Assembly: GCA_036172245.1 (NCBI GenBank)
Contig: JAYWIR010000018.1
Coordinates: forward strand, 1,054,001-1,118,000
Direction: 5' to 3'
Source: Raillietiella orientalis
Taxonomy: Eukaryota
Length of the DNA stretch: 64,000 nt
Shown: piece by piece, positions 24,568 to 37,600 of the stretch
Layout: every line of letters starts with the position of its first letter
Position numbering within the stretch: position 1 is the stretch's first letter
The notes under the pieces: model-generated
Seen by the model: the letters and a program-made list of their open reading frames with translations, nothing else
What the model was told of the DNA's origin: nothing
Database searches by the model: none
Position numbers and translations under genes: made by a program

Positions 24568-25357
24568 GCTTTTTTTTTTTCTTTCGAATTTTGTTTTTTT
24601 TTTATTCGCCAAGTGCTGAAGAACCGGCCGCCTCCTTGCGGGAGGCTCACGAAGCTCTTCGACGCTATCCACGCCACCCGAGGGCACGTGTGACTCTTCT
24701 TCAAATTATAGGGGGTGCCCCGGGAGCGGCCACCCTATGAATCCAAGAAAGATCTGGAGGAAGAAGTTCGTTCTTCTTACCCTTGCTTGGGAGGGAATCC
24801 CTCTTCTTTATTCTCTCCACAGAATCCCCTCGGAAGGTGAAAGAATTCCTCGTTTCTTCTCCAGAGGCAAGCCGAAAAGGATCCGCTTCTGGGATTTCTT
24901 CTCCGGAGGAACCCCTGGCAAGGGACCCGCTCCATGTTTGCTGCTTCGAAGAGAGTTCCAAAGGGACGCTTCACGATTTCTCTGAAGGGCGCTCCCCAAA
25001 GGGAGCGGAGCTCTTCTTGATGCTCTGGAGAGGTATCAACCGGCTCCAGGGAAGCGATGGAGGGTCATCCCTCGAGGGGAGGAAAGACGGCTCCATTTTC
25101 ACAACCGGAGGGGAATCTGGAAGGGAAGCAGCTCCTTGGTTCGGGGAAGGACACCGCAGCGGTCCCTGCCAGTCAACGGGGGCCTCCGGCTTCTACCAGT
25201 GCTGAGCCCGGGTAGACCAACCAGCGTAGTCCTGTGTGGGAGGGGAAAGGGGCTCGAAACTCACGGTGCACCCGTTTCTCGGCGTCGATGCTTCCCCGGG
25301 CGGAATTCGAACCCTCGACGCTAGGTGCCACGCATGGAGACCTCAGCCACGCGGCCT
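24568..25357 (-). mobile_element. Composite SINE, copy 4 (near full length, A-rich tail)
   Basis: Minus strand GGCCGCGTGGCTGAGG..GGCACCTAGCGTCGAGGGTTCGAATTCCGCCCGGG head, 5 internal units, tail GGTTCTTCAGCACTTGGCGAAT plus A-rich run. Confidence 0.8.
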
Positions 25358-25399
25358 GTTAATCGTTCGCTGGAGCAGCGGCAGGGAGCAGTGCCTTTG

Positions 25400-26200
25400 T
25401 GCCCAGGAGAGTCAGTCAAGTTCCTCCCTCCCATACCCTTGGAGTTCCCTGCATTTCTGCGCACTAAAGACAGACATCGCCAAGACTGGAAACCCCACGG
25501 CAATTGCTTGGAAGGGCCGGGTTCGCCTCCGGAGGACGTGACAAGCTCGAGATGCCGGAGCTACTCCCGCGCAGGAGGGACGCGACAGATGGTGACGTGC
25601 GCGACTGCCGCCCTTCTTGCTGCCTCGGAGTCACTGGAATTCCGTACGTGCACGAGAGGCAGCAGGGGAAGGAAATTTCTTCCTGGCACGCCCCGGAGAT
25701 TGGCCGCCCTCTTCAGCAGCCGCGCATCGGTCAGGAGCGGGAGCTCCAGCATTCCAGGATCCGGCGCTGACCGCAGGCGAGAATTGTAAGGTGGGCGACG
25801 CTCCTGAACCATTTCACGGCCGAAGGTGCGAAAGGGTGTGGAGGGAACCAGGAGGAACAAATGGCGGGCAGGTGCCATGGCTGGTTCGCGCTCCCTGCAA
25901 CGCGCTGCGGTCCACTGTGACCAATAGGGAGGGAAGGGAGCGCCCGGTCTCATAGCGAGAGGACCACCCCGCATCACCGAAGCAAACCTTACAACGACGA
26001 GTGGCAGAAGAAAGAAGAAAGATGGGGTTCGGGACAATCGCATATCACCATCTGTCCACTGGAAGGAACCCTGACGGGAACCTCTTCCCTTTTCTATACG
26101 GATGGACCCCCCGGAGGGAGAGGTTACTCCTCGTATTCTTTGAAGAAAATCAGGAAAGGATCCGCTATGAGTTTCCTCACGTATCTTCATCTACCTTGAA
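25400..26200 (-). mobile_element. Degenerate LINE ORF2 internal fragment
   Basis: Shares plus-strand blocks GGAA(T/C)CCT..GACGGGAAC and GAGGTTACTCCT..AAGAAAAT with 1070-1300 of the window-start LINE. Confidence 0.45.
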
Positions 26201-26299
26201 TACCTCTGGATTCCAGTTCGTGGGTCGTAGGAACGAGTCTGGAATTCCAAACCTCCTTAAATGGAACCGACGGATTTTCAGTGCGGTGCAGATTCCTCC

Positions 26300-27160
26300 T
26301 TTCAGGTTGGCAACCTTCGCGGGCAGGCAGAGGTTGGTGAGTGGGGATGGACCATGGGGCAGCTGGCGGATGCTGCGACCTCGAGTTTCCTTCCGCGAGG
26401 ACTGCAGCGCTGGGTCGAGCTGCTCGGTATTCCTAGCGGAGACCTGGAGTGGCCCCCGGTACTCAAGAACAGCAGCGTCCTCTCCTCCCGAAGTGACAGG
26501 AGTCGGCACTTCTGCTGTTGCCCTGGGGTCTTCCCGGCAACGCGCGCCGACACCTCTGAACGCTGGGGAGGGCGAGCCCGGACTGTCGCAGGTGCGGGGA
26601 AATCCCTCCCGCACCTACTTGTGAAACATGTCGCCCTCTGGCCCCCATGAGAATGTTTCGGAACGACCCTTCGGATCCCGGCTGGTACCCCCAGGGAGGT
26701 TTTACGGCTCCTTCTTGTGCGGGATGCCTTGCAGCCAGCCGCAGCCCCAGCAGCGCTCTGCTGCATCCGCGGGAGTGCGGCGTCCTGGAGCGAAGACGAC
26801 AGAAGGAACGAGAGGGACGTCGTCCAGTTCGCAGTTCGCTTTCTGCCGATGGCGGTCAAATGGCCCCACCTGGGATTTATTCGAACGGACCTAGCTCTGG
26901 CATCTTAGAAAGGACGCAGACTCCTTCCAGTGAACTGTGGTCTTTTCCAACCCTCCCAAAGATTTTTATTTACTCTTTATTTTATTTTCCTTTTTGTTTT
27001 CTCCCATCTCTCTCCGCTGTTGAGGGAAGCCCCGCTAGTCTGCATACCGGCGACCCGGCAAGTCTATGGACAAACGGAGTGTGGTAGGATCACGTGCCCT
27101 GCCACGATTTATGAGTTTACTTTAAATCTTAATACACGCCCCTGTGTGTCCGGGTGGAGA
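26300..27160 (+). mobile_element. LINE family A copy 4 (3' end)
   Basis: LPRGLQRWVELLGIPSGDLEWPP, CRRCG..SLPHLLV, AALCCIRG, VQFAVRFLPMA, then the same 3' UTR stem-loops (27034-27051, 27081-27105). Confidence 0.8.
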
Positions 27161-27297
27161 TCGCGCATCCACTACAGTGGCACACGCCTCCTCATGGGAA
27201 ACACCTCAGCATCGGAAACATCGCATAGTCGCAGAAGTCAAATTGAAAATTGCCCACGCTTGTATACTTGCCAATACGGGCGAACGCTCGTCATTAA

Positions 27298-27803
27298 CCC
27301 TTTGGGTGCGGAGCTCATCAGACGTGGACGTGGCGCGCGGGTCGCAGCGGCGATCCCTGTGGACGGAACGCTTCTTCGCTCAACGCGTACTCCATCAGGG
27401 GTACCACCGACTCACTTGATAAAGTGCTGGTTAAGGTTGCCATTGTACTTGTTTATTTACACCACATTGAAGGAAACGTTTGCATTCTTCCCAAACGTAT
27501 AGTATTCACTTAAAAATTGCCATTCCAAGAAAATCAATAATTCATTCGGGTGTGGCACGCCATAATAAATTACATACGACGCGACTGTAATATTATGCCT
27601 TTCTCGTTTTTTCAGAGAGGTGACTCCCTGAAAAAGCGACAATAGTTAGCCGATATAAATAGAATTTTGTTTACTGTCGTTGCTAAGGGAAGAACGTAAG
27701 TGTATGTGCCCATCCCAAACACTGATAGTGTCGACTTCTGTCGCGTGTATAAGGTAAAAAAACATTTGCCAAACGCATGTATGCGTCCATAACACTCAAA
27801 GGG
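27298..27803. mobile_element. piggyBac-like non-autonomous element (MITE), 506 bp
   Basis: TTAA|CCCTTTGGGTG ... CACTCAAAGGG|TTGA. Terminal inverted repeats match at 10/11, with CCC/GGG ends and a TTAA-type target duplication carrying one mismatch. Confidence 0.6.
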
Positions 27804-28699
27804 TTGATCAGTAAATACCGTTATATCTGTATAGGTGACTGCATTTCCATTTACGGCGGCTACCGCAGGCCATTTGTTTTCCTTTTCACAAACGATATGT
27901 CACGTTAACGAATGTGTTTTCCAGTGTTCGGTCATTCGCTGGCTGACGGCGAGTAATCCGTCCGAGCCGTGGTGCGCCGGCTTGGACGGACTTTACCGCG
28001 GCAGACGCAGAACACCACAATCTGTGCTATTCGGGCACGTTGAGACTCGAAATGCTTGCCGGGCGACACTTCGAAGTTGAAACGACCCTGCTAAAGCAGC
28101 GCTTGCTACCACCTCGTGGAATCTTCCAGAAGGAAGGTTTGACAGAGATTACGATGACGTAGGCTCGGGAACAGGCGTTTGTGATTGGTTAATGAGAATG
28201 ATGCAAGCTACCGAAAGCGGAGAGCTGACGCGCCTCCTGGGGATGCTGACGAAGTGTGACCGTTTGCCGCTCTTGCGTCTTGATGGAAAGGACTGCCTTC
28301 CGGTGTTCCACGGGGTATTGACAAAAGAATCGTTTGCCGACCTCACAGTGGCCAGTGGAGAGCGATTAGCAATGCTTTTCCTCCCTCGTTGGAGCGGTTC
28401 CGTCTGTCCGCATGATGAAATCTTTGCGGTATTCTCGCGGAGTAACCAGAAGCTTGCGAGGGAGGAAGGCGGGCTTTGCTGTGATGTTCCGCATCTGCCA
28501 TAAAAACGAAGAGGGTAGACTGGTTACGAGCGTAACGAAAGAGGCTGGGTTGCGTCTTGGGCGGAGGCGCTTCCTCTGACCACAGGAGTCTTCCAGTTAC
28601 ACGGATTCTGCAGTTTCGCGCAGACGAAAAGCAATCTCGAGTGCGTGGGGCACCCACGCAGGAAACTCGGGAACTCTATTTTTCCTACTTTTGTGTCGG

Positions 28700-31600
28700 C
28701 CGACGAAAGAACCATCTAGCGTCAGGAAGCCGAAACGATCACGTGCCGTGGCTCTAAGGGCAGCCGCCTCAGACCTTGTTGTTGGGCAGCCGTTTCAGAG
28801 GCAGCTACCCCTCTTCCCAACTTTATCCCGAAGCGAGGATGTGAGGGAGAAGAGAGGAGGGGGTGAAGGTGTGGGGGAGAGGGTGAAGTCGCTGGTCATT
28901 TGGTTTCCTCGTCTTCCAGGTACCCCGCGCCGATGTTTTGCCGCGTCCTCTCCCTCCCAAGCTTCCTCTTCCGCATCACAGGCCACACGGAGACGGAGCT
29001 TTCCTTTCAGAGATCCTTTCGATTTCCTCCTCCTTTTCCCTCCACACGCACGGGTGGGTTCTCAGGGAGCCCGCATCCGACACGAATCCTACGCACCCCT
29101 CTCACTGCAGCGGCATCCTTCCGCAAGAGGGCCGCACCTGGTCTCGACCGATCTTTGCTCAGCGGCCTCGGCTCTCCATTCTCCCGTTCGGGATCTACTC
29201 CTTCCTACAGAGACGCGGGAGCACAGCTCGAGTGGGTCAGGATCCCTTCACCTTCCCCGCTCTCCTGAGTTCCTCGCTGCGCCGACCGCGTGTATCTCGT
29301 GCTGGTGGGTCCTGGGCGTGCGGAGGAGGAGGCGGCTGCCGCGCCGCTTCCCGAGAGACGGACATCCTCGGAAGCGACGAAAGGCCCGCCAGTTTCCTCT
29401 CATTCAGGAGGCTGGGCAGCGCTTCAGCTGCGAGGAATGCAGGCGGATTGCCGTCAATCCTTCCCACCCCCACCCTCCTCCCTTCCTCCAGCCACCTTCT
29501 TCCGCCGTCGATAGCTTGGTCATTTGCAAGAAGGACTTCCCGGGAGGACCTCGAGTTGCCCTTCCAGTTCGACCCGCAGCCGCTGGCGCCGTAAACAGGA
29601 ATTGCACAAGAACCGCTTTCTCGCGGCTGATCGCGTTGGAGATGGATGGCGGCACGTGTTGGCAGGGCTGAGGCACATCAGCAGGGTATGAGGGGAGAGG
29701 AGAGATTGCTTGTCCGGGAAATCTCCCCTCTGCTGGTCGGAGCAGCAGCAGGGAGTTTGGTCCCGATCGATAGAAGGGGAAGGAGGCACTGACTTTCCAT
29801 CCGGGGAAGGAGGAAGGGGAAAAAGGAGGGGAAGGAATGCAGCGGGCTGCTTCTATTCCTTTCTCGCTCCTTCCCTTGATAAGCTTGTACCCTTCCTCTC
29901 GCGCAACCATCCAGCAGTGGAGCAGCAGCGGCAGCAGCATCAATGCACCGGCTGCATCCGTCGAGAAGCCTGGACGAGGGGACGCAGCTTCTCTTCCGCG
30001 CAGTATCGCGGCGACGGGATCAGAGGCCAGACGAAGCACCTGTTTCTCTCCTCGTTCCAGTCAGCGACGATCCACGGGAGAGGGAAAGGTGCTGACTGAC
30101 CCTCCTCTTCCACGACTACTTGCGTTCCTCCTCAGAGCAGCACCTCTGCGTCCTCCAGCGGCCGGCAGTCAACCCCTGCCGAGGTTGGCAGCTTTCCTAG
30201 CAGATGGCGCGCGAGGCACCGCTACTGCGACACGTGCGGGCTATCGCAGGCTCCCTTGTCCGTCCGGACCATCCCACTCCCAAGACGCGGGACCCTCTCT
30301 CTCCACACATGCTCCCTCAGCTTTTCATGGAAGCAGCAACCAGATAGGAGGAACGGGCAAGGCAAAATAGGACCAGGGAGGAGGGGAAGCGCCCGCGCAC
30401 GACGGGAGGTGCACGGAAGGCACTCCGGTAGCCCAGAATGTAGTCGCCTGTGCTCCCCTCCCTCCTATCCCTTTCAAGGAGAAGGTTGCGGGGGCACTGT
30501 CGTACTCCGTTCCTCCGGCTGAGCCACACGGTGCGCAGGGGAACGCGCCCGGGAAGACGGCGCCGGCGCGCGTCTCAGTAACCTCCTCTTCGCCCCCCGC
30601 CAAGACTGCTCCCTTACGCCCTCCTGAGCGGCCATGAGTCCCGAAGGGCCTCGCCGCCGGAGCTGCATCCCGACTCCGCCGCCCTCTCCCTCTGCCTCGG
30701 CGAAGGAGTCCGTGGAAGCCCCCGAAGACAGTGCGGGCCGGCGACAGCGCCCTCTCTGTCCTCCTCGCGTCCCGCTCTCCCCGGGGTGCGCGCGCGCGCC
30801 AGTCTTTCCCGCGTCGGCGCGCGCGCAGCCCCAGCGCGTGCCATTCATCCGCTCGCAGCTGAAAACCGCGCCCGCGAGCGAGCGAGCGCGCAGGCGGCCG
30901 CGGGACTCCGAAGGGTCCGCGCGTGCACGGAGGCCGCCGCCGCAGCCTCCCGGCGTCCTGTCCGCGAACGCCGTCGGAACGCTGCCGGCCGGCGGCGGGG
31001 TCGCTCGCGCTAGCTCGCCAGCGCGGTCCGTCGCCTCCCCAGGCGCTCCTCACCTTCCTTGCCCCCGGGGGCAGAGGAGGAGAAACACGGCAGTGGTCGG
31101 GCGCTCAAAGATGGCGTCGTCCAGCCGCTTGCGAACCGCGGAGGCCCCATCGCCCACAGGAGGTGCCCGCCCTCGTCCCGCCCAAGTCTACAGCGTAAGA
31201 GGAAAGGTGAGGGGCGGAGCGGTCCGTCTCTCCTGCGGCTGACCCTGCGGTGACTGGCGTCTCGCGGGCGCCATCCAGGCAGGCCGAGGAGCCCACGCGC
31301 GCATTAGTCCAGGAGTCGACAGCCTCAGTAACGGACCGGTCCTCGGAGGTCTGGCTTCCCTCGCTCCTTGGACGAAGGCAGGGCACCTCCCGCGTCTTCC
31401 CCCTGCCCTTCCACACCACGAGCTCAGTCTGCCATCGGAAACAACCTGGGGGAAGGAGAAGTCCACGGAAGCCCCTGAGGGGTGGGGAGGTCTCACGATC
31501 CCTTTAGCGCCCTTTGTCGCTCTGCCATGCCCCGGTCCGGGTTTCCCGTTACGGCGTGCTGAGCTCCTTGGGGTGCCATCCGCCGCGCGTGGACGCACCG

Positions 31601-34600
31601 ATGGTGCTCGACAAGGCGCCCGGGCTCAGGGGCGCGAAGGAGACGGTGCAGCGCTCCCGCAGTCATGGCTGCCGGACACCTCCCGTACGAGGACAAGGTC
31701 GAAACCCTCCCACGGGCGGCCGGGCTGAGCCTCGCTTTAGCGGGGGTCAGCGCGCGCGCGCTTCCCTCTCCCGGAAGAGCCTCTGGCAAGTCCAGCTGCT
31801 GACTAGCCGTGTCCTTCCCTCCCTCGAAATCTCCTGATCTCGAACCCTCCCTGAGGGAGAGCCGAGGGCGCTCCCTGACCCGTGGCGGTGAACCGGACTG
31901 CACCTGACAAGCCGGCAGAGGGCCGTGATCCCCACAGCGCAGGGCCGGCACCGGTCTCCGTTTGGAACCGACGGGCCCATGGCCCACCAACGCCTATCAG
32001 GAGTCGCCTCCCAGAGAGTTGCAAAGGGGAGGGCATGCCCTGAGGGCCCCGTTGGCGCGCTGTTGCTGCCGCTGCTGCTGCGACCCATCTCGGACGCACC
32101 CGTCGCGCTTCCTCCAAGGATGGAGACCGTGTCGTCCAGGAGCCGGGAGGGATATTCCTCATGCCGTGCGGGATTCCCCAGAACTGGGGTCCTGCCGCCG
32201 TCCCCAGTTCTTCACTTCCTTCCCCACTTCCCGGAAAGGCTCTGCTTGGCGCAGCAGAGCGAAGGACCCCGGAGCGGCCGGAAAGAATGGGAACGGACAA
32301 AAGTTGGAGAAGCAAGGGGGTGGTGTCGCTGAGAAGGAGAAAAGAATGGGGAGGAAGAGGGAAGGGAGAAGGAAGAAAGGAGGAAGTGAAAAAGGAAGAA
32401 AAGAGGAAGGGGAGGAAGAAAGGAGGAGGAATAGGAAAGGAGGAGGATTAAGGAAGGAGGAGGAGGAGGAAAAGGAGAGGAATCCTCGGCTCCCGAAGGT
32501 TGCTTGCTCTTCGCGGCAAGGAACGATCGCTGCAGAGTTGGCTGCGTGGCAACGGGGCTGCCTGGAGCAATAACCCCTGCTCTGGAGAGCAAGTCAGGGA
32601 CTCCCCGATCTTTCCTGCATTCCTCCCGCCTTCGTGGTCTTCCTGCTGTCTCGTGACCCTTTCTACCGCTCCTCCAGGAGGAAGAGAGGAAGCTCGGCCG
32701 CTTATGGAGACGGCACGGGTCTCTCTCGAATGCCCTCCCCTCCCGACGATCCCTTGAAGATAGCGCATCCTTCCTCCCGCTCTTCTCTCTGGAGAGGAGG
32801 ACCGGGACGCAACATCTCGCGCTCAGGAAGAGCACGCCAAGGCGGCGGCCGCGGCCGCGGCGAGGTCGCTTCGAGGCCGTCGAGGCGGAAGGCCGGAGCG
32901 GAGCGCGCGCGCGCAGACCACGAGGAGAGGAGGCGTTGCGAGGATACCGACCGGCTCGGAGGCCGCCCTGCAGGGAAGCCTCGCGCGAGGGCCGGTCGCG
33001 GGAGGCATCCGGAGTCCCGCCGCCGCCGTTGCCGGCTCCGCGGCAGGTGCGGGGTCGAGCCGCCGACATGCGCTCGCTCGCAGGGATGCGCGGCGCGCGC
33101 GCGCACGCGCAATGTGTCGGAACGGCGCGCGCGAACCGTCGCCGTCGAGTGGAGCTCCGTGGGTTGCGGCGGCCACGACCGCCCAGTTTCCCCGCGGCTG
33201 CCGCCAGCCGGCAGGCGCACGCGCGCGCACGTGGCGCGCTCCGCGATCAGCTGATCGGTCGCCGGACCCGTCCGCGGCCGCGTCGGGCGCGCGCACCTCT
33301 ATCTCTCGCTCCGCTCTTCCGCCGTTTGCCGGGAGGCAAGCGACCCTGGACGCGTCCCATGCCCAGGGACTGCCGCAATCGTCCACTTCCGCGTGAGCTG
33401 CAAGGGATCACGTGTGGGCCCCCCGCGCTCGCGCTGGAGGACGGCAGGGATCCGGCGGCTTCCAGGGCGCGTCGGCATGCCCGGGAGGGCGGAAGGAGGG
33501 ATACGAGGGTGGGTAGGACAGACCGTCTTCCTCCGCCTATTGCCGGAGGCAAAGCCCCTCCTGCCGGAGACTGGGGTGAACCGGAAGAGGAGGCAGGGCA
33601 AGGTCGATCCCACTGGGAAGGCGGCCACCGCGCCGGAACTTTCTTTCTCCCCTACACCTTCTCTTCCCGGAGCCAGGAGCAGAAGCAGCAGCGTGGCACG
33701 AGGAAAGAGGGGAGTCGTTGGGAATGCGTCCGCGGAAAGCCGCCCGCAGGAGCCGCGGCGCAGGGCCGGCAGCAGCAGCGGGCGGCCGGAAGCGGAGGCG
33801 GCTCTTCCAGCCGGAGACGCGTGGGGGAGGGGGGGGGAGCTGCATCTGCGCAGCGGAGCTGCTGCCGTCTGCCGAAGGAACCCCCGTTTTCAGCTGGCGG
33901 CAGCGGCGAGAAGAGGGAGGGCAGGAAAGGACAGGAAACCCGAGGAGGAGGCGGAGGGGGACGGGCGAGAAAGGAAGGAGCGGCGGAGCGCGCAGTTTGG
34001 AAACGCCCGCGCGGCGCGGACGCTTTTCCGGGGAGGCATCCGCCCGTGCTCCCCCCTCACTCCTCCAAAGGGGAAGGGGAAAAGGAGGAGGAGGAAGTGG
34101 GAGGAAGGAACCCAGAGGGAGCTAGCGGGGCCCGAAAGGTTCCCCGATTCTCCTCCTCTCTACAGGGTCCAACTCATCCTCCGTAGGAGGGGATGCGCTG
34201 GCGCAACGCTCCCGCGCGTTTCTCAACGCCGAGAAAGACCCAGTGGTACCGAAGGGACGGAGGGGAGTCGCGTTCGCACAGCCGGAGTTACCGAAGGGGA
34301 ACGGATGGGCGATCTTCGGGCGCCCCGCACCGGCCCAAATTTTGGAGGAGGCACCGCCGCCTTCGCGCCCTCCTCCGCTTTTTGCAGTGGCCGCTGGGTG
34401 GGCGTGGATGCCGAAGAACTCGGTCGATGACGTCAGCAGTTTCCCGAGGCCGCAGCTGCGTCAGAGCGGTGTTTCGTTCCCCCTTCCCACCTTCCCCTCC
34501 CGGGTGGCTCAGGAAGCTGCGGAGGCAAGCGCTCACGGTGGACCCGTGCGAGTGTCCCCCTCCCCCCCCCCAGGGGCGACGACCTTGACCTGGAGTAGGC

Positions 34601-37600
34601 AGGAGGAAGGCGAGAGGGAGCCGCCAGGTGTCGGAGAGGCTGCCGGACGCCCCGGGGAGCTCGGACGCCCCGCCCTTCATGCAGGAGTTTGCCGTGGAGA
34701 CCAGAGCAAGCGAGTCCAGGGTGCAGGAGACTCCTGGGGTGCCGAGACGGGGTCGAGAGAGGTCTGCCGACCGCAGTTGCGACGAAGCGCGTTAGGGCAG
34801 GTTGGGACGTCGGTCAACGAGTCCCTTGAGGCCCAGGCTAGCGGGTTTAGGGCGACGGGCACTGTCCCGCTCGCCTGGCTTCCCAGCTCACGCCCAGATC
34901 CCGTAGGAGCCAAAGGGGGCGCGCGTTCGGGGGGACACGGGCGTTCTCCCGGGTGATCGCGCGCTTCCTCCCGTTTCCTTCCTGGTCTCTTCCTCGTCGC
35001 GTGTCGGCTTTCCCACCGCCCACGGATCGTGTGCTCCTCCACCCCTGGCGGTCGGCGTCGCTTCCGCTCGCGCGCCCGCACGCTGCCCGCGCTCCATGCG
35101 CAGGCGCGTCACGAGGGGCGGGTTGCTCGAACCGAAGCAGCAGCCCATCCCGCCAGGGGAGGTCAGGAGTCCTGGCCGGAGGAGGCTTGCCTGGAGCGGT
35201 GGCAACGGTAGACACGCGCGCTCTTCTCTGCAGCAGCAGATCCCCCGCCGGGGCTCCCGTTGACCTCCTGCGAGGTCTCAAAAGTGCTCGGGTCAGAAGA
35301 AGCCGAATGGGGGCGGAGCGGGGAAGGACACCGAGATCACGTCGCGGGCGAGCCAGGAAGGAGTCAACGTTGTCCCCTTCCCCTCCTCTCTCGTTCAGGG
35401 CGTCGCCGAGCTGTAGCAGGGCGGAAGGGTGGGGTCACCGTGACACCCTGGCCCTAATGCTCGATCCTCTCGCATGGCGCCGAGGGCAGACTCCGCGCCA
35501 GCGGCGTTTGCCCCCGGCTGTTGCGGGGGTTTAGGCGAGCCCTGTCCGCGGGCGATGACCTCGCCCTCCCCGAGGCTGCTTGCGAAAGTCCCGGGGGGTC
35601 GGGGAGCGCGTCGTCGGGAAACTTCCCGGACGATCTGACGCGCCGTCCGGGACCTCTGCCTGAGACCTGCGGCGACGCTCGCCCCGTCTTTCGAGCGGCT
35701 GCAGGGGCGCGGATGGGGCGGAAGAGGAGCGCAGCGGCTGTTCCGAGGGGTCTCCCGGAAACGTTCGTGGACCGACCCTGGTTGGATAGCAGGAGGTGTT
35801 CCCGGGGACCCTCTGCTCCCGCCTCTCCCTTGTGGCAAGGCCCTCGGGAGACGCCAGGATGAGACGCCGCTTCTCCTCTTCGGCATGGCAACGGGGAGGC
35901 GGGACGTCTTCGGGAGTTCCCGGAGAGAGCAGGTTCGCCAGGAGGTCCCCCCTCCCCTTTCCTCCCTCGGGAGATGAAGCGCGAGCCTCTGCAGCATCGC
36001 AGCGCGCGCGGAGACGGCCGTCGCCAAGAGGATGGCAGCGCGGTTGCTATGGTCGGCGGAGGACCGGGATCCGTTTCGCACGCTCTCGAGGCCGCCGCTG
36101 GCAATCTGGAGCGACAGGAGGAAGTTCCTCCCCCCCCCCATCTTCCCGCTTCCCCCCCCTTCCCTCCTTTCTCCGCAGCTGCCTCTGTTTCAGGCGCCCG
36201 CTCACCGTGGAGTTGCCATGATCGGGGTGCTTTCGCTCGGGAGAGGATCTGTCCCGGGACGACCTGACCTCGGAAGGAGATCGACTCTCTTGCTATCCCG
36301 GAGCGCCAGGGGGCAGGGTCGAAGGAAAACCGGGAGCCACGAGCCCCCCGCTTCCCTGAGAGTGGGTATCTTGAGGCAAGCTATCTTCCTCCCCGTTCGG
36401 GGGAAAGATGGAGACTGACGATGGACGCGCTTTCCTTCAGTCCCCTCTTTCCACCGCCGGTCAGGATGTCGCCTGCGAGAGGCCGCGGGCCGGAAAGGAA
36501 CTCCGTCCGCCGCTGCCCTGGACCCCGGTGGCCTCCCTCCCTCGCGGAGGTCCCTTCGACGCCCTCTCCCCTGTGCACCTGCAGGCTTTCCCGGGTTTGT
36601 CTGGAGCGGGTGCCCCGAAGCAAGGGAGGTCACGGTGTCGCTCCGCTGTCGCGGCAGCAGCAGAGGCTGCTGCTGCCGCGCGGCTAGTGCCTGAGGGTTG
36701 AGGGCCTGCGCCGGGGAATCGGACGCTCGCGACCTCCCTCCTCTCTCCCTTCCCTCCCTTCCCAGCCCGCGGCGGCGGAGAACGCGACCGGAAGGTTCCG
36801 TGGGGAACGCATGGAAGCAGACCCGGAAATTCCAAGGCGCCCGCCGGGGCGTCGCGAGGGGCAGGGCCTGCCTTTCCTGCCCGCCCGGGCTCTCTCGCTC
36901 CCCGAGGGCCGACGGACGCCCTTGGATGCGCGGAGCAGCGGGGCGGGAGCGGCCGGCGCCCCGAGCGAGCGGATGCATTTCCAAGTCGCCTTCCGGCGAG
37001 CCAGAAGCGTCTGCCGGGCGACCGCTCCGCCATCCCCGGAGAGCTTCTCTTCCGTGGAGTCGGAGGGCTCGACTTCCCGGCTCTTCCTCTTCCAGCCCCC
37101 TCGTGCGTGCGCGCACACGAGGACGTGATTGCGCTCGCCCTCGCAGCCAATCGCCATCTCCTTCCGATTGCGCCGCGCGCGCGGGAGGAGCTCCGGAGGC
37201 TGCAGGGGGCCTCCATTTCGACAGGAACCCCGGCGAGTAGCGGAGGTGAGCGCCCGCGTGCGGGTGCGGAAGGCACGCGCGCGGGCGGACGGATGGACTG
37301 ACCGCAACGCACGTGCGCCCCCCCTTCCTTCCATGAACAACGCGGGGCGCGCGGGCCGACTGCTGAGGAATTTCCGACTGGGGCTTCGCCGATCGAGAGG
37401 CTATCAGTCAATTAATTAATTTAATTAGCTGCGTCCAACACCGCCTTGCGGGTGAATGGAGCCTACGCCCGGCTGCTGGTGCTGCTGCCCGTGCGACGAA
37501 TTTGTGCCGCCGCTGCGGACTGCTGCCTCCGTTCCTCGCATCGTTCCCATTTCACGCTCGTGGTGTCGCTAGCAGCAGTAGCAGCGAGTGCTCGAGTTCT

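Noticed and set aside
27173..27293. TACAGTGG.. pogo/Tc1-like terminus
   Set aside because: No matching inverted terminus found.
33050..33250. GETGRS (GIY-YIG-like) and WAVVA..PFR..RRA (GPCR-like) peptides on the minus strand
   Set aside because: Short isolated matches without the other required motifs, in low-complexity sequence.
32936..34186. 416-aa ORF and similar long ORFs at 28691, 36202, 38548, 39026 and 39429
   Set aside because: Arg/Gly/Pro/Ala-rich, overlapping on both strands, with no domain motifs; expected from stop-codon scarcity in very GC-rich DNA.
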